Program-made: the position numbers and the translations under genes
The notes under the pieces: generated by a model
Database searches by the model: none
Told to the model about the DNA's origin: nothing
The model's input: only the letters and a program-made list of their open reading frames with translations
In this document: in pieces, positions 1 to 9,119 of the stretch
Numbering within the stretch: position 1 is the first letter of the stretch
Layout of the letters: every line of letters begins with the position of its first letter
Assembly (NCBI GenBank): GCA_900299075.1
Contig: OMIK01000065.1
Coordinates: 13,059 to 77,058 of the forward strand
DNA length: 64,000 bases
Reading direction: 5' to 3'
From: Chlorobi bacterium Chlorobi_1
Lineage (GTDB): Bacteria > Bacteroidota > Chlorobiia > Chlorobiales > Chlorobiaceae

Positions 1-174
1 TGGTCGTGGCCCGGCTGGATGGTCTGGGCGTTCGTGCTGGTCCGCCTGCTCGGAACGAGGCATCCAGCGCTGATGCACCGGCAGCGGCTCTCGAGGCCGC
101 GACGGATCGCCGGATGGCTCTGCATCGCCGTTTTCGTACTCACCTTCATACCCGTACCTTTCGGAATCGTCTGA
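1..174 (+). CDS. 3' end of a membrane protein, probably site-2 protease (M50) family (partial; not in ORF track)
   Basis: Frame 1 is open from base 1 to TGA at 172-174: WSWPGWMVWAFVLVRLLGTRHP...GWLCIAVFVLTFIPVPFGIV. The GWxxW..HP..F.P.P pattern resembles M50 C-termini. Confidence 0.6.
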   Translation, partial: WSWPGWMVWAFVLVRLLGTRHPALMHRQRLSRPRRIAGWLCIAVFVLTFIPVPFGIV

Positions 175-186
175 CCATCGCATCCC

Positions 187-1107
187 ATGACCTCCACTGA
201 CCGAAACCGGGCGGGATACCGCCTCGACTGCGCGGGAAAGCTGCTCGACCTGAGCTCGCGCCCCGCCATCATGGGAGTGGTGAACCTCACCCCCGACTCC
301 TTCTTCGACGGCGGGCGCTTCACCGGCGCCACAGCAGCCACGGACCTGGAAAAGGCGCTCGACTGCGCCCTCCGGATGGTCGACGAGGGGGCGGAGATCA
401 TCGATGTCGGCGGCGAGTCCACGAGGCCGGGGGCCGAAGCGGTGGGCGCCGAAGAGGAGATCGAACGGACGGCCCGCTTCATCGCCCTCCTGCGCAGCCG
501 CTCCGGAGTGCACATCTCGATCGACACCTGGAAGGCCGCGGTCGCCGAAGCGGCGCTTGACGCCGGGGCGAACATCGTGAACGACATCTCGGGCTTCACC
601 TTCGACCCCGCCATGGCTCCGCTCTGCGGGCGCCGGAAATGCGGGGCCGTGCTCATGCACACCCCCGTCAGGCCGGGAGAGATGCGCTGGAGCCACGACA
701 CCGGAGGCGGCGAAGGGAACATCGTCGCGAGGGTGCGGTCATTCCTCGAGCGTTCGGTCGGCATCGCCAGGAGTCACGGGGTCGAATCGATCGTCACGGA
801 TCCCGGCATCGGCTTCGGCAAGAGCGTCGGGGAGAACTTCCTGCTGCTCGCCCGCCTCGACGAGCTGCACGCGCTGGGCTGCCCTGTGCTGGCCGGCCTG
901 TCGAGGAAGTCGTTCCTCGGCCAGGCGATCCGCAGGGAGGGCCGGGAGATCCCTCCCCCGTCGGAGCGTCTCGACGCCACCACCGCCGCGAACACCATCG
1001 CGCTGCTGGGCGGAGCCGACATCCTGCGGGTGCACGACGTCGCGGCCGCGCGCCAGTCACGCTCCGTGGTGGGGGCGCTCCGCGACTCCTGCGGCGGCTC
1101 CGCGTGA
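187..1107 (+). CDS. folP: Dihydropteroate synthase
   Basis: IMGVVNLTPDSFFDGG, DVGGESTRPGA, DPGIGFGK, GLSRKSF, LRVHDV motifs. Confidence 0.97.
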   Translation: MTSTDRNRAGYRLDCAGKLLDLSSRPAIMGVVNLTPDSFFDGGRFTGATAATDLEKALDCALRMVDEGAEIIDVGGESTRPGAEAVGAEEEIERTARFIALLRSRSGVHISIDTWKAAVAEAALDAGANIVNDISGFTFDPAMAPLCGRRKCGAVLMHTPVRPGEMRWSHDTGGGEGNIVARVRSFLERSVGIARSHGVESIVTDPGIGFGKSVGENFLLLARLDELHALGCPVLAGLSRKSFLGQAIRREGREIPPPSERLDATTAANTIALLGGADILRVHDVAAARQSRSVVGALRDSCGGSA

Positions 1108-1228
1108 CACGAATCCCTTTTCCCGTATGCCGCTTTTTTTCTTAAATTTCACCCTCTGCCGACAAGACAGGAAACGGTTGCCGGCGGAACAGATGCGGCT
1201 TGGCGCAGACCGATAACTCCCTGTTCTT

Positions 1229-4200
1229 ATGTACCTGTCGAAAATCGAGCTCTTCGGATTCAAAAGTTTCGCCCACCGGGTCAGGATCTCTTTCGACAAG
1301 GGGCTGACCGCCATCGTGGGCCCGAACGGCTGCGGCAAGACCAACGTCGTCGACGCCATCCGCTGGGTGCTCGGCGAGCAGAAATCCCAGCTCCTCCGGT
1401 CGCCGAAGATGGAGAACATCATCTTCAACGGCACCAAGAACCTCAAGCCCCTCAGCTTCACCGAGGTCTCCATCACCATCCAGAACACGCGCAACGTCCT
1501 GCCGACCGAGTACACCGAGGTCACGGTGACGCGCCGCCTCTACCGCAGCGGGGACAGCGACTACCTGCTCAACCAGGTGCCGTGCCGCCTGAAGGATATC
1601 CTCGACCTGTTCGCCGACACCGGCATGGGCAGCGACGCCTACTCGGTCATCGAGCTGAAGATGATCGAGGAGATCATCAGCAACAAGAGCGAGGAGCGGA
1701 TGAAGCTCTTCGAGGAGGCCGCGGGCATCACGCGCTACAAGCAGCGCCGCAAGCAGACCTTCCGCCAGCTCGAGAGCGCAAGCCGCGACCTGGCGAGGGT
1801 GGACGACGTGCTGGCCGAGGTGGAGAAGAAGGTGCGATCGCTCAAGCTGCAGGTCAAGAAGGCGGAGCGCCTCAAGGAGATCCGCGACGAGCTCCGGACG
1901 CTGGACCTCACCATCTCCGGCATCGCCATGGGCGAGCTCCACGACCGGCTGCGGCCGCTGCGCGACTCGAGCGCAGCCGAGGAGCGCCAGAGCCACGAGC
2001 TGGCCGCGAAGATCGCCACCCTCGACAGCACCCACCAGGAGGAGGAGCTGAAGCAGCTCGACCTCGAAGGGCGCCTCGCCGAGGCCCAGCGGGAACTGAA
2101 CGCCGCCAACGCCGCCGTCCACGACCAGGAGAAGCTCCTCCTCCAGTTCCAGGAGAAGCGGAAGAACCTCCAGCTCTCCATCGAGAGGATCGGTTTTTCG
2201 ACCGGGGAGAAGCAGCGCAGGCTCGCCGAACAGCAGGCGCTGTCCGAAGAGCTCGCCGCAGGGCAGGCGCCGCTCGAGACCGGCTGCGCGGGGCTCCTCG
2301 AGGCGTACGAAGCGCTGAAGCGCCAGCTTGAAAGCGTCAACGGCGGCCTCGACCTGAAGCGGCGCGAGCTGCAGCAGGTGCGGCAGCGGGCGGCCGAGGC
2401 ACAGCGCTCGGTCAACGCGCTCAACCTGTCGAGGCAGTCGCAGCAGAGCAAGAGGGAGCACCTCGCCGGATCGCTGGCAAGGCTCGAGCAGCGCCGGCGG
2501 GAGATCGAGGAACTTGCCGAAAGGGCGGCGCCCGAACGGGCCGAAGCCGAGGCACAGCTGAAGGAGAAGCGCGCGCGACTCGAAGCCTCCAGGTCCGAGG
2601 AGAAGCTCCTCGGGAAGCGGAAGCGCGAGGCCGCGGAAAAGATGGAGGGGCTCAAGGAGCAGCTGCTCTCGCTCCGCGGCAGGCATGACCGCCTGAACAA
2701 CCAGCTCATCCTCTGCGATTCGATCCTCGAGAAATTCGAAGGGCTTCCCGAAGGGGTCGCCTACCTCGAGAAGCACCGCGACGGCAGGCCGGGTATCGGC
2801 TGCCTCTCCGACCTGCTCTCGGTGGAGGCCGGTCACAAGAAGGCGCTCAACGCGGCCCTCGGCGAAAGCCTCGGCTACTACCTCTGCCGCAACCTCGACG
2901 AGGCGAAGGGAGCTGTTTCGAACCTGGTCAGGGGTGACAAGGGGCGGGTCCATTTCGTCGTGCTCGACCTGGTCAACGCCAGCTCCGTTGCAGACTACCC
3001 CCGGATCGACGGCGCCGTGAGGATGTGCGATGTGGCCGGCTGCCCCGAGGAGGCATCGAAGGCGCTCCTCCTGCTGCTCCAGAACACTTACCTGGTGCCC
3101 GACCTGGCGACGGCCGAGTCGCTCGCCGCCAGCCATCCCGAAGCGCGGTTCGTCACGGCCGACGGCGAGAAGTTCAGCGCGAAGGGGCTGCTCTTCGGGG
3201 GCAGCGCGAAAGGCAGCGAAAGCCTGAGGCTCGGCAGGAAGGCCGAGCGGGAACAGCTGCAGAAGGAGCTGAAGCTGGGCGCCGCATCAATAGCCGAAAC
3301 CGAAACGGAGCTTGCCCGCCTGCGCAGGGAGTTCGACTCCATCAGGCCCGACGAGGCGAGGCGGGCCGCCGCGACGGCCGAGCAGGAGATCGGGGCGATC
3401 GAAAGGCGGCTGGCGCGCATCGAGGCCGAGACCCAGTCGAGGGCCGACCAGGTGCAGCGTACGGCCGACGAGGCCGCGTCGCACCAGGCATCGGTGGCCG
3501 AGGTGGAGGCGCTGCTCGAAGGGATCGGACCCGAATACGCACGCCTCCAGGAAGAGGAGGCCAGGATCCAGCAGCGCCTCGCCGCGATGCAGGAGGCGCT
3601 GACCGAAGAGGAGTCGCGCAGCCGGACGCTGAACGCCGAGGTGCAGGCCCAGCAGGGTCGCTACCGCGACGCGCAGCTCGAACGGGAGCGACACGCATTC
3701 AGGATCGACGCCTGCAGACAGGCCGTCCGCACGCTCGGCGACGAGCTGGCCGCCTTGCAGCGGGAGGGGGACTCCTGCCGGAAGGAGGTCGACGAACTCG
3801 CCGGCGCCATAGCCGTGGCCGGCGAAGCCCACGAACAGGCGCTGGTGGCCTCCGGCCGCCTGCAGCAGTCGCTGAACGAGCTCGAATCGGCCTACCGCGA
3901 CCTGCAGACGAGGAACCACGATGCGCTCTCCGTGCTGCGCGACATGCGCCGCAAGCACGAGGTCTCCATGCAGCTGATGCTCGAGTTCGGCGGGCAGCGG
4001 ACAAGGATCGAACAGGAGATCGACCACCTCCGGACCACGGTCATGGAGCGCTACGGCGTCGAGCTGGAGCCCATGCCGGCGCTCATGCCCCTGGAGTTCG
4101 ACCTCGAGGGCTCGAAGGAGCGGCTCGCCTACCTGCAGAAGCAGCGCGAGCAGTTCGGCGCGATCAACGAGCTGGCGCTTGAGGAGTTCGAGATGGAGAA

Positions 4201-4783
4201 GGAGCGGCTCGACTTCCTCACCTCGCAGAAAGAGGACCTGGTCAACGCCGAGCAGCAGCTCCGCGAGACCATCGAGGAGATCAACCGGACGGCGCTCGAG
4301 AAGTTCAGGACGACCTTCACCGAGGTGAGGCGCAACTTCATCAGGATCTTCCATGACCTGTTCGACCCGCAGGACGAGGTCGACCTGCTGATCCACAGCG
4401 ACGACGACGACCCGCTCGAAGCGCACATCGAGATCGTCGCCAAGCCGAGGGGCAAGAAGCCGCTGGCCATCGAACAGCTCAGCGGAGGCGAGAAGGCCCT
4501 GACGGCCCTGTCGCTGCTCTTCGCCATCTACCTGGTCAAGCCGAGCCCCTTCTGCATCCTCGACGAGGTCGACGCGCCGCTCGACGACGCCAACGTCGGG
4601 AGGTTCATCAAGCTCCTGAAAAAATTTGAGAATAACACCCAATTTATTATCGTTACGCACAATAAAAAGAGCATGGCTTCGTGCCAGGCGCTCTACGGCG
4701 TCACGATGGAGGAGGAGGGGGTTTCCAAGCTCATCCCCGTGAAGATAGAAAAAGCACGTTCCGAAGAAGAGGTACCAGCCTGA
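1229..4783 (+). CDS. smc: Chromosome segregation protein SMC
   Basis: FKSF, Walker A GPNGCGKTN, long coiled coils with hinge, LSGGEKAL signature, LDEVDAPLD, VTHNK; 1184 aa. Confidence 0.98.
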   Translation: MYLSKIELFGFKSFAHRVRISFDKGLTAIVGPNGCGKTNVVDAIRWVLGEQKSQLLRSPKMENIIFNGTKNLKPLSFTEVSITIQNTRNVLPTEYTEVTVTRRLYRSGDSDYLLNQVPCRLKDILDLFADTGMGSDAYSVIELKMIEEIISNKSEERMKLFEEAAGITRYKQRRKQTFRQLESASRDLARVDDVLAEVEKKVRSLKLQVKKAERLKEIRDELRTLDLTISGIAMGELHDRLRPLRDSSAAEERQSHELAAKIATLDSTHQEEELKQLDLEGRLAEAQRELNAANAAVHDQEKLLLQFQEKRKNLQLSIERIGFSTGEKQRRLAEQQALSEELAAGQAPLETGCAGLLEAYEALKRQLESVNGGLDLKRRELQQVRQRAAEAQRSVNALNLSRQSQQSKREHLAGSLARLEQRRREIEELAERAAPERAEAEAQLKEKRARLEASRSEEKLLGKRKREAAEKMEGLKEQLLSLRGRHDRLNNQLILCDSILEKFEGLPEGVAYLEKHRDGRPGIGCLSDLLSVEAGHKKALNAALGESLGYYLCRNLDEAKGAVSNLVRGDKGRVHFVVLDLVNASSVADYPRIDGAVRMCDVAGCPEEASKALLLLLQNTYLVPDLATAESLAASHPEARFVTADGEKFSAKGLLFGGSAKGSESLRLGRKAEREQLQKELKLGAASIAETETELARLRREFDSIRPDEARRAAATAEQEIGAIERRLARIEAETQSRADQVQRTADEAASHQASVAEVEALLEGIGPEYARLQEEEARIQQRLAAMQEALTEEESRSRTLNAEVQAQQGRYRDAQLERERHAFRIDACRQAVRTLGDELAALQREGDSCRKEVDELAGAIAVAGEAHEQALVASGRLQQSLNELESAYRDLQTRNHDALSVLRDMRRKHEVSMQLMLEFGGQRTRIEQEIDHLRTTVMERYGVELEPMPALMPLEFDLEGSKERLAYLQKQREQFGAINELALEEFEMEKERLDFLTSQKEDLVNAEQQLRETIEEINRTALEKFRTTFTEVRRNFIRIFHDLFDPQDEVDLLIHSDDDDPLEAHIEIVAKPRGKKPLAIEQLSGGEKALTALSLLFAIYLVKPSPFCILDEVDAPLDDANVGRFIKLLKKFENNTQFIIVTHNKKSMASCQALYGVTMEEEGVSKLIPVKIEKARSEEEVPA

Positions 4784-4785
4784 CC

Positions 4786-5496
4786 ATGCATCGCAAACTC
4801 GTGTTGTTTGACATCGACGGGACCCTGCTCAAGGTCGGAAGCATCAACCGGCGCGTCCTCGGCGACGCCCTCATCGAGGTCTACGGAACCGAGGGAAGCA
4901 CGGGCCGCCACGACTTCTCGGGGAAGATGGACGGGGCGATCATCTACGAGGTGCTGGAGAACTCGGGGCTCGAACGCCGGGAGATCGCCGAGCGTTTCGA
5001 CCGCGCCAGGGAAACCTATATCGAGCTCTTCAGGCAACGAACGCAGAAAACGGACATCACCCTGCTCGAAGGGGTGCGGGAGCTCCTCGACGGGCTTTCA
5101 CGCCTTTCCGGGGTGCACCTGGGGCTCCTGACCGGCAACTTCGAACGATCCGGACGCCACAAGCTGCAGCTGCCCGGCATCGACCACTACTTCCCCTTCG
5201 GCGCCTTCGCGGACGACGCCCTCGCGCGAACCGAACTCCCGCCCATAGCCGTCGACCGCGCCGAACAGCGCACCGGGACCCGCTTCTCCCCCGCAGAGAC
5301 CGTCATCATCGGCGACACGCCGCACGACATCGGCTGCGCCCGCGTCCTGGACGCGAAGTCGATCGCCGTCGCCACGGGGAACTTCTCCATGCAGGAGCTC
5401 GCCGCCCACAACCCGGGCGCGCTCTTTGAAAATTTTGCCGCGACCGGTGAGGTCATCACCGAGATCCTGAACACCCAATCATTATTGCCATCATGA
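4786..5496 (+). CDS. HAD-superfamily hydrolase (phosphoglycolate phosphatase-like)
   Basis: LFDIDGTL motif I, LLTGN motif [10 protein letters not shown] motif IV; ATG 2 nt after the smc stop. Confidence 0.9.
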   Translation: MHRKLVLFDIDGTLLKVGSINRRVLGDALIEVYGTEGSTGRHDFSGKMDGAIIYEVLENSGLERREIAERFDRARETYIELFRQRTQKTDITLLEGVRELLDGLSRLSGVHLGLLTGNFERSGRHKLQLPGIDHYFPFGAFADDALARTELPPIAVDRAEQRTGTRFSPAETVIIGDTPHDIGCARVLDAKSIAVATGNFSMQELAAHNPGALFENFAATGEVITEILNTQSLLPS

Positions 5497-5987
5497 AAAC
5501 CTACCGACGACAGATCAGGGAAAAGATCCTCCAGGCGCTCTATACGCTTGAGGTCCGTGAGGTCGATGTAGAGTCCGCCACCCACTGGCTCCTCAGCAAA
5601 GAGATCATGGACGACGCGAACGCCATGAAGTTCTTCAACCACCTGGTCGCCAGCATCGTCAAGCACCGCGAGGAGATCGACGGCTACATCGCCAAGCACA
5701 CCTTCAACTGGGACATGAGCCGCATCGCGATCATCGACAAGAACATCCTCCGCATGGCGCTGGCCGAGATCCTCTACTGCGAAGACATCCCGCCGAAGGT
5801 CTCGATCAACGAGGCGATCGAGATCGCCAAGAAGTTCAGCAGCACCGACAAGAGCAGCAAGTTCGTCAACGGCATCCTCGACGCCATCTTCAACGACCTC
5901 AAGGCGGAAGGCAGGATCCAGAAGTGCGGCCGCGGCCTGATCGACAACTCTGATTCCAAGTCGCAGAAGGCGGACGGCGAGAAATAA
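5493..5987 (+). CDS. nusB: Transcription antitermination factor NusB
   Basis: [40 protein letters not shown]. Confidence 0.96.
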   Translation: MKTYRRQIREKILQALYTLEVREVDVESATHWLLSKEIMDDANAMKFFNHLVASIVKHREEIDGYIAKHTFNWDMSRIAIIDKNILRMALAEILYCEDIPPKVSINEAIEIAKKFSSTDKSSKFVNGILDAIFNDLKAEGRIQKCGRGLIDNSDSKSQKADGEK

Positions 5988-6019
5988 ACAAGGGGACGCG
6001 TCCCCATAAACAGAAGCGG

Positions 6020-6655
6020 ATGCCTGACAGCAAGATGATCGCCCTCGTCGAAGAGGCGCTTTCGGCCGTGTGGCCCAACCCGAAGAGCGAGCTCGATTTC
6101 GAGACGCCCTTCCAGCTGCTCGTCGCCACCATCATGGCCGCCCAGGCGACCGACCGGAAGGTGAACCAGCTCACCCCGGCGCTCTTCAGGGCGGCGCCCG
6201 ACGCCGCGAGCATGAGCCGCATGGAGCTGGACGACATCAGGAACCTCATCAGCTCGATCAACTACTACAACAACAAGGCGGCCAACATCCTGGCGATGAG
6301 CCGCAGGCTGGTCGATGAGTTCGGGGGCGAGGTGCCGGCGTCGAGGGAGGCCCTGGAGAGCCTGCCGGGAGTCGGCAGGAAGACGGCCAACGTGGTGCTG
6401 GGCAACGCGTTCGGCATCCCGGCGATGCCGGTGGACACCCACGTGCACCGCGTTTCGAACCGCATCGGCCTGTGCAGCACCTCGAAGCCCGAGGAGACCG
6501 AAGCGGCGCTGGTGAAGCTCATCCCCGAAGCGAAGCTGATCGACTTCCACCACTACCTCCTCCTCCACGGCCGCTACACCTGCAAGGCCAAAACGCCTGA
6601 GTGCGGCAGCTGTCCCATCAGCGACATCTGCGAGTGGCCGGAGAAGAGGGCTTGA
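6020..6655 (+). CDS. nth: Endonuclease III
   Basis: HhH motif SLPGVGRKTANVVL, VDTHVHR, C-terminal 4Fe-4S motif C-x6-C-x2-C-x5-C. Confidence 0.97.
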   Translation: MPDSKMIALVEEALSAVWPNPKSELDFETPFQLLVATIMAAQATDRKVNQLTPALFRAAPDAASMSRMELDDIRNLISSINYYNNKAANILAMSRRLVDEFGGEVPASREALESLPGVGRKTANVVLGNAFGIPAMPVDTHVHRVSNRIGLCSTSKPEETEAALVKLIPEAKLIDFHHYLLLHGRYTCKAKTPECGSCPISDICEWPEKRA

Positions 6656-6766
6656 TAACGGGGCTCAAGGGACATCAGGGAGCAAGATAAAGACGATGGC
6701 CCGGAGCCTGGCTCCTCCTCCCTGTCCTGGATCTCCTTTTTGTCCCTCAGGTCCCCTGTCCTGTTA
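6655..6766. repeat. Imperfect palindrome built from 9-nt-period GGGAC-type units between convergent genes
   Basis: Left arm ataacggggctcaagggacatcagggagc; reverse complement of the right arm ataacaggacaggggacctgagggacaaaaaggag; spans stop codon to stop codon. Confidence 0.55.
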
Positions 6767-7222
6767 TGGCAGTTCGATCTTCCGGTCAACCGCATAGAGC
6801 CATTCGCACTCGGGGCGGCCCCGGGTGCCTGCCCAAAGTTCAACGGTGATGCCATGGTTCCGGCTGACCTGCGAGGTGAAGATCTCGATCTGGTAATAGA
6901 GCTCGTCGAGCAGGTCTTTCCACGCCTCGTCGAGCGGAAGCTCATGGCCGGCGTAGTGCGCCGTGGCCTCGATCGGCTGGTTCCCCGCCCTGAACCAGTC
7001 GGAGAGGCAGAGATAGCTGTCGGGCATGAGGCAGCCGCCGCGGAAGGTGCCGCGCGCGTGCCTGACCCCTGGAATCTCCACCCAGAACTCGAGGCGCGCC
7101 TCGGATGTCAGCTGGCCGTCTCCGGCCAGTTTTTCGAGCAGCTGGACGACCGTATCCCTGACGAGCTGCTTGCTCTCGCCGGAAAGCTCCAGCATCTTGA
7201 AGTTCGGCGTGTGGTCCCTCAT
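6764..7222 (-). CDS. Hypothetical protein, 152 aa
   Basis: Fills the gap between nth and pabB; protein-like composition; no family recognised. Confidence 0.7.
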   Translation of the reverse strand: MRDHTPNFKMLELSGESKQLVRDTVVQLLEKLAGDGQLTSEARLEFWVEIPGVRHARGTFRGGCLMPDSYLCLSDWFRAGNQPIEATAHYAGHELPLDEAWKDLLDELYYQIEIFTSQVSRNHGITVELWAGTRGRPECEWLYAVDRKIELP

Positions 7223-7295
7223 GGTCGGAGCGGTTGGTTGCGAGGTTGGTCGACGTCTGACACTCTAATCAATATACGGAGCAACCCCTTGCCCG

Positions 7296-9119
7296 TCAAC
7301 CGGCAGGATCGCCGAACTCGGCGATGCGGATGCCGCGGAGCGCATTGCAGAGCAGCAGCAGGTCGGCCCGCCCGAGGTCGTCGATGGTGAGCGCCCTCTC
7401 GGCGATCCACGGCCTCGTGCGGAGCAGGTAGCGGCGGAAGACGCCGTTGAGCAGCCCCGAGGACTCGGGCGGGGTGACCCATCGCCCGTCGATCCGGGCA
7501 ACCACGTTGCTGATCGCACCTTCGGTAACTTCACCCCGTTCGTTCAGGAACAGGCACTCGCCGAACCCCCGGTCGATGGCCTCTCGGTAGGCGCGGTCGT
7601 ACATCTCCCGGGCGGTCGACTTGTGCCTGAGCATCGGATCCGAAGAGTCCACCCGCTCACTGGCGAGCATGACCTGGACCGGCCGGCCCGGGCGATCCGG
7701 CACGAAGGGTTCGGCGGAAGCGGAGACGCCTTCGGCCCGGTCGAGCACGAGCCGGACCCGAAAGCCCCCCCTGGCGGCCGACATCCGGGGCTCGAGCGCC
7801 TCGAGCGACCGCATCGCCGCCTTCCGGTCGAAGCCCAGCCCCAGGGCTTCGGACGACGCCTCCATCCTCCCGAGGTGGTCGTCGAGGAGCAACCAAGCGC
7901 CGTTCCAGAGGATGGTCTCGAAGATGCCCGGCGCAGCATCCGCGCGTTCCGTCAGGATCCGCGCCTTGAGCATGCACTCCCGGTACTCCTGCTGTGCGTC
8001 GGAGTCCCAGACGATGCCGCTCCCCGCCCCGTACACGCCGCGTCCGCCTTCGAGTTCGATCGTCCTGATGGCGACATTGAAGGCCATGCGCCCCTCCGGG
8101 AGCATGAAGCCTATGGCACCGGTGTAGACGCCCCTCGGCCCTGTTTCAAGGCTTCGGACAAGCTCCATGGCGCGCACCTTGGGGGCGCCGGTGACCGAGC
8201 CGGAGGGGAAAAGCGCCCGGAAGAGCTCCTGGAGCCCCAACCTGTCGCGGAGCCGCCCCGTCACGGTAGAGACCATCTGGTGCAGGGTCGGGTAGGTCAG
8301 GGTCTCGAAAAGCCCGGAGGCGCCTATCGATCCCGGCTCGCAGATCCTGCCGAGGTCGTTGCGCAGGAGGTCGACGATCATCAGGTTCTCGGCCCGGTTC
8401 TTCTGGCAGGAGGCGAGCCCCTCGCGTGCTGCGCGATCCTCCTCGTCGGTCGCCCCCCTCGGCGCGGTCCCCTTCATCGGCATGGTCTCGGCCACCAGCC
8501 CCTCGAGCGTGAAGAAGAGTTCGGGCGAGAAGGAGAGCACGAAGCGCTCCCCGGTGTTGAGGAAGGCCGACCAGGGGGAGGGCTGCTGCCGCTTCATCGA
8601 GGAGTAGAGCGCCAGGGGGCTGCCCTCGAACGCAAAGCTGAAACGGCCGGTGAAGTTGACCTGGTAGACGTTGCCGGCAGCGATCTCCTCCCGCAGGGCC
8701 TCCACCCGCCGGATATACTCCGCTTCGGGAAGGTCGAACTCCAGGCAGGAGAGCCTGAAGCGCTCCCCTTGTGGCACGGCGTCCATCGCCGCAACGGCCT
8801 CGCGGGCGAAGCGCTCGGGAGCACGGTAGGCGCCGAACCAGGCGAGCGGCCGCCCGGGCTCGGCAGGCCATAGGCAGTTCGCCAGGGCAGGGTCCAGGAG
8901 GGTTCCGGCCTCGTACCCCATCCAGCCGGCAAGGCAGCAGCCAGCCGCCAGGCGCGAGTCGAGCCGACCGAACCAGGCGGCGGCATCGTCGCCAGCATAG
9001 AGGGGAAGTAGTTCGACAGGATCGGCAAAGAGGAGCGACTGGCCATGGCGCTCGTCGGGCCCGGTCGCCTCGAACCAGAGCGTACCGGGCTGCCGAAGGC
9101 GTTCGTGGAGAGGGTTCAT
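7296..9119 (-). CDS. pabB: Aminodeoxychorismate synthase component I fused to a class IV aminotransferase-like (PabC/ADC lyase) domain
   Basis: GNVYQVNFT, SFSPELFF, PMKGTAPRG, AENLMIVDLLRNDLG, FPSGSVTGAPK, then HKST and EGAISN lyase motifs; start set at MNPLHERL overlapping the ppx stop. Confidence 0.92.
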   Translation of the reverse strand: MNPLHERLRQPGTLWFEATGPDERHGQSLLFADPVELLPLYAGDDAAAWFGRLDSRLAAGCCLAGWMGYEAGTLLDPALANCLWPAEPGRPLAWFGAYRAPERFAREAVAAMDAVPQGERFRLSCLEFDLPEAEYIRRVEALREEIAAGNVYQVNFTGRFSFAFEGSPLALYSSMKRQQPSPWSAFLNTGERFVLSFSPELFFTLEGLVAETMPMKGTAPRGATDEEDRAAREGLASCQKNRAENLMIVDLLRNDLGRICEPGSIGASGLFETLTYPTLHQMVSTVTGRLRDRLGLQELFRALFPSGSVTGAPKVRAMELVRSLETGPRGVYTGAIGFMLPEGRMAFNVAIRTIELEGGRGVYGAGSGIVWDSDAQQEYRECMLKARILTERADAAPGIFETILWNGAWLLLDDHLGRMEASSEALGLGFDRKAAMRSLEALEPRMSAARGGFRVRLVLDRAEGVSASAEPFVPDRPGRPVQVMLASERVDSSDPMLRHKSTAREMYDRAYREAIDRGFGECLFLNERGEVTEGAISNVVARIDGRWVTPPESSGLLNGVFRRYLLRTRPWIAERALTIDDLGRADLLLLCNALRGIRIAEFGDPAG

